Shown: in pieces, positions 1 through 6,592 of the stretch
How the letters are laid out: each line of letters opens with the position of its first letter
Numbering within the stretch: position 1 is the first letter of the stretch
From: an uncultured Nitrospiraceae bacterium
Lineage (GTDB): Bacteria; Nitrospirota; Thermodesulfovibrionia; Thermodesulfovibrionales; Dissulfurispiraceae
Length of the DNA stretch: 26,123 nucleotides
Reading direction: 5' to 3'
Assembly: GCA_947085205.1 (NCBI GenBank)
Contig: CAMTVO010000030.1
Location: 1-26,123, forward strand
Notes under the pieces: model-generated
Seen by the model: the letters and a program-made list of their open reading frames with translations, nothing else
The model's database searches: none
Told to the model about the DNA's origin: nothing
Made by a program: the position numbers and the translations under genes

Positions 1-258
1 CTTTTACCACTAACATCCCAGTTCGTGGTCTCATGCGGTATTAGCCCAAGTTTCCCTGGGTTGTCCCCCGCTTAAGGGTAGGTTGTCTACGTGTTACTCA
101 CCCGTCCGCCACTAACCGATGCGAAGCACTAAAAAGAATAAGTCCTATAAGACTTATAAGACCTATTCCTCTTGGTGCTCCGCACCGGCCCGTTCGACTT
201 GCATGTGTTAAGCACGCCGCCAGCGTTCGTTCTGAGCCAGGATCAAACTCTCAATAGT
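1..258 (-). rRNA. rrs: 16S rRNA gene, 5' portion (continues beyond window start; mature 5' end approximate)
   Basis: 232-251 is the reverse complement of the universal 27F site AGAGTTTGATCCTGGCTCAG. It is followed on - by AACGAACGCTGGCGGCGTGCTTAACACATGCAAGTCGAACG, GTGGCGGACGGGTGAGTAACACGT and GCTAATACCGCAT. Confidence 0.98.
116..188 (-). other. Extended helix 6 (V1) / intervening-sequence-like 73-nt hairpin in 16S rRNA
   Basis: Hand-paired on - strand: 35-position stem with several G-U pairs, one C-A mismatch and a 3-nt loop. Core 138-164 is three 9-mers (ATAAGTCCT ATAAGACTT ATAAGACCT). Confidence 0.85.
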
Positions 259-300
259 TTTCCTGAAAACTCAAATTCATTGACAGAATCTACCTTTAGT

Positions 301-312
301 TTTCAAAGAACA
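301..312 (-). promoter_or_regulatory. rrn antitermination boxA-like element (16S-proximal)
   Basis: TGTTCTTTGAAA on -, about 45 nt upstream of 16S; resembles boxA TGCTCTTTAACA. Confidence 0.7.
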
Positions 313-500
313 AAAATCCCCACAGCACCTCTAGCCTGAGTTCACAGAGGCTCTTTTCTAAGTGGGTACCTTAGTAAGTAAATGTTTAGGCGTCCCAGCA
401 CTTTCGTTTGGGGCATGCATCACCACATTTACCGCTGGCTCCCAAACTCTTATTGTTCCCTCAGCTCACCTGAGCCTTAAGGTACTGCAGAGAAAGGTAT

Positions 501-512
501 GTTCAAAGAACA
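501..512 (-). promoter_or_regulatory. second boxA-like element (promoter-proximal)
   Basis: TGTTCTTTGAAC on -, just downstream of the predicted rrn promoter. Confidence 0.6.
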
Positions 513-524
513 TCTTCTACTAAT

Positions 525-553
525 AGGATAGCAGCTTCTATTATTAATGTCAA
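525..553 (-). promoter_or_regulatory. sigma70-type rRNA operon promoter
   Basis: TTGACA (553-548), 17-nt spacer, TATCCT (530-525) on -, upstream of boxA and 16S. Confidence 0.7.
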
Positions 554-620
554 GGGGGGTTATTCCAACCAAAACAAAGCTTATCTTTCAAAGATTTGTC
601 AGAATATGCAACACCCTGCT

Positions 621-1250
621 TTACAAGACTATAATAACCCTTATCAGGTTCCTTTGTAAGGGGGTTGCTGGTAAACTTGCTGTAATAACCTCAAATTTAA
701 TATTATCGGGAATTCTTCCAATTTCATCCTCGAATTTGGGTCCTTTGCTCAGTACAAAAAAGCCATCTTTCTTCAAGATATGTCCTGCCTTTTTTGTCAA
801 ATCATTTATGCTGAAAAGGGCTCTTGTTACTGCAATATCAAAGAGACTGTCTTTGACATCCTCCACCCGTGACTCCATTACTTCCACATTGTTGAGGGAA
901 AGGTTTTTTTTCATATGCCTTAAAAAGGCCGATTTTTTCCTTGACGGCTCGATTAGAGTAAGACTAAGTTCCGGCCTGACAATGGCCATCGGCATTCCAG
1001 GAAAGCCTGCACCGCTGCCGATATCGCAAATATTCCATTGACCTTCAGGTATGACCTTGAGATACAAAAGGGAGTCAAAGAAGTGCTTGACGATTATATC
1101 TTCATCTTTCTTGAGTGCAGTAAGATTATATGCGCGGTTCCATTTTTTAAGCTCATGGAGATACTTATCAAAGCTGCTAATAACGGAATCCGAAGGCTCG
1201 ATTTCCAACTCACGCAGTCCGCTTATCAGGAGATCCTTTTTTGCTTCCAA
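621..1250 (-). CDS. rsmG: 16S rRNA m7G527 methyltransferase RsmG (GidB)
   Basis: Motifs WNRAYNLTA, HFFDSL, DIGSGAGFPG, TRA; directly downstream of mnmG; TTG start overlaps the mnmG end. Confidence 0.96.
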   Translation of the reverse strand: MEAKKDLLISGLRELEIEPSDSVISSFDKYLHELKKWNRAYNLTALKKDEDIIVKHFFDSLLYLKVIPEGQWNICDIGSGAGFPGMPMAIVRPELSLTLIEPSRKKSAFLRHMKKNLSLNNVEVMESRVEDVKDSLFDIAVTRALFSINDLTKKAGHILKKDGFFVLSKGPKFEDEIGRIPDNIKFEVITASLPATPLQRNLIRVIIVL

Positions 1251-3109
1251 TGTCTGTCCACCGCAACCAATATTATTGATACTGCAGCAGGAGTGATTCC
1301 GGGAATCCTGCTTGCCTGTCCTATGGTTTCGGGCTGGACTCCGGATACCTTTTCTACGATTTCTTTCGATAACCCTGGAATAGCTTTGTACTCGAAGTTT
1401 GCCGGTATTTTTTTGTATTCTAACTTCTTCAGTCTCTCGGCCATCTCCAACTGTTTCCGTATATAACCGTCGTACTTGACATTAATTTCCACAAAGCTTT
1501 CAATTTCTGGCATTAAGTCACAAGTGGATGGAGAAATGCGCTTTATAAAGTCATATCTAATCTCCGGCCGCTTTAATAACTTGTCCAGAGCAGTATCTTC
1601 GCTTATTGCTGATGTACCGAGGGATACAAGTGCATTGTTAATATCGTCTGAAGGCTTGACACGGACTTTTTTTAGTCTTTCAATTTCATCGGACATCAAT
1701 CTCTTTTTCTTCTTGAATCTCTCATACGTCTCTTCCTGCACAAGACCTATGCTGTAGCCTTTTTCCATCAGTCTGAAATCAGCATTGTCATGCCTTAACA
1801 ACAATCGGTACTCCGCCCTTGATGTAAACATCCTGTAAGGCTCGCTCGTGCCTTTTGTAACCAAATCATCTATCAGCACTCCAATATAAGCCTCATCCCG
1901 CCCAAGAACAAGTGGTTCTTTGCCTTTCAGTTTAAGGGCAGCATTTATTCCAGCCATCAATCCCTGTGCAGCAGCCTCTTCATAGCCAGATGTTCCGTTT
2001 ATCTGGCCTGCGAGGAACAAACCGTCTATATATTTTACTTCGAGGCTATGCTTCAATTGCACAGGATATACAAAATCGTACTCAATAGCATATGCAGGCC
2101 TCATGATTTCTGCATTTTCAAGCCCCTCTATACTCCTGACAAGATTAACCTGAACGTCATAAGGCAGGCTCGTAGATATTCCATTCGCATAGTATTCTGT
2201 TGTCCCGAGGCCTTCGGGTTCTAAAAATATCTGGTGCCTCTCTTTTTCAGAAAATCTTACAACCTTATCCTCGATGGAAGGACAATATCTTGGGCCAATG
2301 CCTTTTATCTTGCCGCCATAAAGCGGTGACCTGTCAAGGTTTCCCAAGATTATCTCGTGAGTTTTTTTATTTGTGTATGTTATATAGCACGGCAGTTGAG
2401 GATTTGTTATCTTTTCTGTCGAATAAGAAAACGGAGGAGGCGGATCATCCCCATACTGCGGTGTGGTCTTAAAAAAATCAATACTTCTCGCATCAAGCCT
2501 CGGTGGTGTGCCTGTCTTAAGTCTTCCCATCTTGAGACCCAAACCCTTTAAAGAATCCGAAAGGCCTATTGATGGAAACTCGCCAGCCCTGCCTGCCTGA
2601 AAGCTCTCAAGACCAATATGGATAAGCCCTTTTAAAAATGTGCCCGTGGTAACAATTACAGCCTTTGCTCCATAAAATACGCCAAGAGATGTAACAATAC
2701 CCTTAACTTTTGAATCTTCAACAACTATCTTCTCAACCATCCCCTGCTTTATGGCAAGGTTTTTCTCCCTTTCAAGTGAGTTCCTCATGTTATTCCTGTA
2801 AAGCACCCTGTCCGCCTGAACCCTTAAAGACCAGACTGCAGGGCCTTTTGAGAGGTTAAGCATTCGGAACTGAATCCCAGATTTGTCAGTAACCTTTGCC
2901 ATCTCGCCTCCGAGGGCATCCATCTCGCGTACAAGATGCCCTTTTGCGAGGCCGCCAATGGCCGGATTGCAAGAAAGTTGGGCTATGGTATCGAGATTAA
3001 TAGTGAAGATGCAGGTCTCCAAACCGAGGCGGGCAGATGCAAGGGCTGCCTCGCACCCGGCATGGCCTGCTCCTATAACAATTACATCGTAGTCTTGCTC
3101 TTTATACAT
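1226..3109 (-). CDS. mnmG: tRNA uridine 5-carboxymethylaminomethyl modification enzyme MnmG (GidA)
   Basis: 627 aa; VIGAGHAGCEAA, SCNPAIGG, GPRYCPSIEDK, AGQINGTSGYEEAAAQG, EPYRMFTSRAEYRL. Confidence 0.98.
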   Translation of the reverse strand: MYKEQDYDVIVIGAGHAGCEAALASARLGLETCIFTINLDTIAQLSCNPAIGGLAKGHLVREMDALGGEMAKVTDKSGIQFRMLNLSKGPAVWSLRVQADRVLYRNNMRNSLEREKNLAIKQGMVEKIVVEDSKVKGIVTSLGVFYGAKAVIVTTGTFLKGLIHIGLESFQAGRAGEFPSIGLSDSLKGLGLKMGRLKTGTPPRLDARSIDFFKTTPQYGDDPPPPFSYSTEKITNPQLPCYITYTNKKTHEIILGNLDRSPLYGGKIKGIGPRYCPSIEDKVVRFSEKERHQIFLEPEGLGTTEYYANGISTSLPYDVQVNLVRSIEGLENAEIMRPAYAIEYDFVYPVQLKHSLEVKYIDGLFLAGQINGTSGYEEAAAQGLMAGINAALKLKGKEPLVLGRDEAYIGVLIDDLVTKGTSEPYRMFTSRAEYRLLLRHDNADFRLMEKGYSIGLVQEETYERFKKKKRLMSDEIERLKKVRVKPSDDINNALVSLGTSAISEDTALDKLLKRPEIRYDFIKRISPSTCDLMPEIESFVEINVKYDGYIRKQLEMAERLKKLEYKKIPANFEYKAIPGLSKEIVEKVSGVQPETIGQASRIPGITPAAVSIILVAVDRHWKQKRIS

Positions 3110-3117
3110 AGATTTAT

Positions 3118-3127
3118 TATTATAGCA
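3118..3127. promoter_or_regulatory. overlapping divergent -10 elements (extended -10 TGCTATAAT for mnmG; TATTAT for the HDOD gene)
   Basis: In the 23-bp gap, TGCTATAAT on - (3127-3119) lies 9 nt before the mnmG ATG and TATTAT on + (3118-3123) lies 9 nt before ATG 3133. No SD on either side. Confidence 0.5.
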
Positions 3128-3132
3128 TTAAG

Positions 3133-4710
3133 ATGAATCTGCCCGTGTTTGAACATACAATCAATTCGCTGCACTACATGGTAAATAACGAGAAGGAGCC
3201 GTTACAGAAAGTTTCCAGATTAATAAAATACGATCCTGGACTATATTTTTCCCTTCTTCAGCATGTTAATAAACTCGTTGCAAGAGGCGAGATAACCTCT
3301 ATTTCTCAGGCCGTCTCCCTCATCGGGGCAGAAGGAATCGAGAATCATATTTTAGGCCAAGACTATTTTCTCAATGAAGACTACATATTATTATGGTGCT
3401 ATTCTGTGCTGGCCGGAGAGGCTGCCATATGCATAAACAACATTGCTGGTATCACAGAAGACGAGGAAGAGGCTTTCTTCGCAGGAATTCTTTCAACCAT
3501 CGGAACTTTATTGATGCTTAAGAAATATTCCAACTATGCAAAGATTCTAGACCTCCTGTTGAAAATCCCTTTAAGAGATAAAATCTTCATAGAAAATAGA
3601 CTATTCAAGACCAACCAGTTAAAAGAACTTCAGGAAAACTTAATAGCCCCTGAAACATATAAAAATATCATTGCTCTTATGACCGATATATTCGGGGATG
3701 AGCGTCCGAAAGACTTCGTTTACCCGCCGCAGCTGTCTTCCACTTATGAGTCTTTTCAGCTTTTGCAGCTTACAAACATCAGCGAGGTGGCAGCACGCCT
3801 GGTTTTGTTCCCATCAGTCGTTGATGCTCAAGAAAAGTTCAGAGAGTTATCTGTAAGGTACTTCAGGATTCCAGAAACCGAAACTGAGGAGCTTTTAGCT
3901 GATATTTTCGAGAGGTTCGAATCAGTATGCAAGGAGTTCATGGTAGAAAATTTAGCCGAAAGATTCGTATTACAGGCAAAAGAATATCATAGCCCTAAAA
4001 TAAAATTTCAGAGCAACGCGGCGTCATTCAAAAAATCTCTTGAGGCCATGTACAAGACAAATCAGGAAGACAGAAATATTTTTATTTATGGAGGGATGGG
4101 CGTTGGAAAGAGGTTATTAGCTTTGGCACTTCATCACAGCGAAGACAATCCAAGAAAGGCAAAACCATTCCTTTCTGTCCACTGCAGTATCCTTGATAAT
4201 GAAACCCTCGAAATAGAGCTTTTGGGAGCAAAAGGAGGATTTCTGGGAATAGAAAAACACAAAGGGGCACTGGAGCTTGCAAATGGAGGGACAATCCTCC
4301 TCAAAGACATCGACAGAATTCCTCTAAGCCTTCAGGATAGGCTTTCAGAAATCTTTTGCAAAAGTGAATCCTATAAAATTGGAGAAACCCATCCTTTCTT
4401 TTTTGATGTAAGATTTTTAATCACATCAAGAAAAAATATCTTTGAAGAGGCAAAAGAGGGCAGGTTCTCAGAAAGGCTGCTCAGGGTCTTAAAGCCGGTG
4501 AGCATTTATATCCCCCCATTGCAGGAAAGGAGAGAGGACATAGAATTTATTGCAGACTCTATAATAGAAAAATATGAACTCAACCTCGAAGACAAGGCAC
4601 TAAAGATTTCATTAAGAGAATATTATGAAACCCATCCATTCAATGAAAACCTTTTAGAGCTCAAGAGACTCTTATTCTTCCTTTCTGCCAGACACAGCCT
4701 TAAAGCGTAA
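3133..4710 (+). CDS. HDOD domain + degenerate sigma54-activator-like AAA+ domain protein
   Basis: N-terminal IKYDPGL..LL..VN, ITSISQAVSLIG, EEAFFAGIL (HDOD). C-terminal GGMGVGK, KPFLSVHCS, ELANGGT, IPPLQERREDI (bEBP-like). 3' end overlaps the convergent gene by 39 bp. Confidence 0.85.
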   Translation: MNLPVFEHTINSLHYMVNNEKEPLQKVSRLIKYDPGLYFSLLQHVNKLVARGEITSISQAVSLIGAEGIENHILGQDYFLNEDYILLWCYSVLAGEAAICINNIAGITEDEEEAFFAGILSTIGTLLMLKKYSNYAKILDLLLKIPLRDKIFIENRLFKTNQLKELQENLIAPETYKNIIALMTDIFGDERPKDFVYPPQLSSTYESFQLLQLTNISEVAARLVLFPSVVDAQEKFRELSVRYFRIPETETEELLADIFERFESVCKEFMVENLAERFVLQAKEYHSPKIKFQSNAASFKKSLEAMYKTNQEDRNIFIYGGMGVGKRLLALALHHSEDNPRKAKPFLSVHCSILDNETLEIELLGAKGGFLGIEKHKGALELANGGTILLKDIDRIPLSLQDRLSEIFCKSESYKIGETHPFFFDVRFLITSRKNIFEEAKEGRFSERLLRVLKPVSIYIPPLQERREDIEFIADSIIEKYELNLEDKALKISLREYYETHPFNENLLELKRLLFFLSARHSLKA

Positions 4711-5640
4711 ATATTCGAACAAGCCCCACAGGCTTGCAACAACTATTGATAAAAACCAAAGAAAAGACACTGTAACTGAAAGGTCAGGAGAGACCCCTAT
4801 TGTCCCTAAAAAAACAACAAAAGCTCCTTCCCTAAGCCCGATTCCCGATATCGATACCGGGATGGAAGAGATAAGAACAATGATTGGAACAAAAATCAGT
4901 AGTGATAAAAATGAGATGCTCAGAGAGATCCCCATTGATAAAACATAAACCGCAACAATATTAGCGAGTTGTATAAACACCGAATACAAAAAGGCCTTAA
5001 ACAGGGAACCCTTTCTTTTACCGTATATCTCGAAGTATTCGTAAATCCTGAGGAGGAATTTCAGCCTCTCTCCAAACCTGAACTTAAAAATAACAATACT
5101 TGCCGTTATAAACACAACCAAAACTGTTGGCATAAGCCATTTTACAGGAGTTCCTTCGAGATAGCTAAATCCGAAGGGAAAAGCAATCATACTGATAACA
5201 AGCATTGCAGAAAAACCTACATACCTGTCCATAAACACGGATGCTACTGCAATGCTGACCTCTTGCCCCTTAAGCCTTCCTCCCTGTCTTGTTTTTAGAT
5301 CGCTGCTTAAATAATAAGCCTTTACCGCATCGCCTCCTATAATACCCGGCATGCAGGTATTAAAGAACGAGCCTATCATGTATAAAGAAAAAAGTCTTTT
5401 TATTTCCGTATCCTGCGGTATAAGCAAATTCCATCTGCGGGAAGAGAGATAAACTGCCAATATGTACAATACTACTGCTGCAATAAAAGCCGTGGGGTTT
5501 AACAGTCCCATGTTATTGATAATTGTTTTAGCGCCGATTTTCGAGACGAGAAAATACAACAGGAGAGCGCTTACGGAGAGCTTTATTACAAGAACTACAA
5601 CTTTCTCGATTGTCTTTTTGATGCTATTTTCCTGGGCCAA
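4672..5640 (-). CDS. lysylphosphatidylglycerol-synthase-TM / flippase-like membrane protein (UPF0104/YbhN family)
   Basis: Many hydrophobic segments; SRRW, FFN..PG.IGGDAVK, DRY.G, PVSISGIGLREG motifs. Confidence 0.88.
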   Translation of the reverse strand: MAQENSIKKTIEKVVVLVIKLSVSALLLYFLVSKIGAKTIINNMGLLNPTAFIAAVVLYILAVYLSSRRWNLLIPQDTEIKRLFSLYMIGSFFNTCMPGIIGGDAVKAYYLSSDLKTRQGGRLKGQEVSIAVASVFMDRYVGFSAMLVISMIAFPFGFSYLEGTPVKWLMPTVLVVFITASIVIFKFRFGERLKFLLRIYEYFEIYGKRKGSLFKAFLYSVFIQLANIVAVYVLSMGISLSISFLSLLIFVPIIVLISSIPVSISGIGLREGAFVVFLGTIGVSPDLSVTVSFLWFLSIVVASLWGLFEYLRFKAVSGRKEE

Positions 5641-6568
5641 GGATTTTCTTTATGGTATATATGGGTTTCTTCTGGCTTTCGTGGTAAACCCTCACAAGCA
5701 TCTCTCCTAAAAGCCCCATACCAACAAACTGAACGCCCACTATTATTAAAAGGGCGCCCAAAAGCAGGAGCGGCCTTCCGCCTATATCAACCCCGCTAAA
5801 AAGTTTCTCTACGGAGAGATAAATTGATATTCCCAAGCCGGCAACTCCAAAGAGCATTCCCATGGGTCCAAAGAACTGCATGGGTTTTGTGGAAAAGCTC
5901 TGGAGGAACTTTACGGTTATGAGGTCAAGCAATACCTTGATTGTCCTCGAAACGCCATACTTGGATTTCCCCCGCAGCCTTGGATGGTGGGTGGTCTCTA
6001 TTTCTGAAACCCGCACGCCGTACCAGCTTGCAACAGCAGGGATGAATCTGTGCATCTCCCCGTATAACCTGAGATTCTTTACCACATCCCTGCGATAGGC
6101 CTTTAAAGAGCACCCATAATCATGGAGCTTGACGCCTGTAACCTTGCTTATAAGCCAGTTTGCTATCATCGAGGGAAGCCTTCTTGTGAGAAATGCATCT
6201 TTACGCTTTTTTCTCCATCCGCTGACAAGGTCGTAATCCTTTATCGCATCAAGAAGTCTCGGAATATCCTTTGGGTCGTTCTGGAGGTCCCCGTCCATAG
6301 TTACAACAATATCACCCCTCGCAAAGTCGAAACCTGCGGCGAATGCAGCGGTCTGACCGAAATTCCTTCTGAGGCTCAGCAGCATCACATTCTTATCTTT
6401 CTTCTGTATCTCTTCAAGGAGACTCAATGTCCTGTCTATGCTCCCGTCATCAACATAAACAATCTCGTACTCTGTGCCGAGATTATCAAGGACTTCTTTG
6501 AGCCTCTCATGGAGTATTGCTACATTATCTTCTTCGTTGTATAAAGGAACAACAATTGATACCGACAT
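5624..6568 (-). CDS. GT2 polyprenol-phosphate glycosyltransferase (ArnC/GtrB/DPM-like)
   Basis: SIVVPLYNEE, VDDGS.D, RNFGQTAA, MDGDLQNDP, HDYGCSLKAY, EMHRFIP; two C-terminal TM helices; SD AGGAGA. Confidence 0.93.
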   Translation of the reverse strand: MSVSIVVPLYNEEDNVAILHERLKEVLDNLGTEYEIVYVDDGSIDRTLSLLEEIQKKDKNVMLLSLRRNFGQTAAFAAGFDFARGDIVVTMDGDLQNDPKDIPRLLDAIKDYDLVSGWRKKRKDAFLTRRLPSMIANWLISKVTGVKLHDYGCSLKAYRRDVVKNLRLYGEMHRFIPAVASWYGVRVSEIETTHHPRLRGKSKYGVSRTIKVLLDLITVKFLQSFSTKPMQFFGPMGMLFGVAGLGISIYLSVEKLFSGVDIGGRPLLLLGALLIIVGVQFVGMGLLGEMLVRVYHESQKKPIYTIKKILGPGK

Positions 6569-6592
6569 TCTTTCTCCTAATATTTTGGGCTC

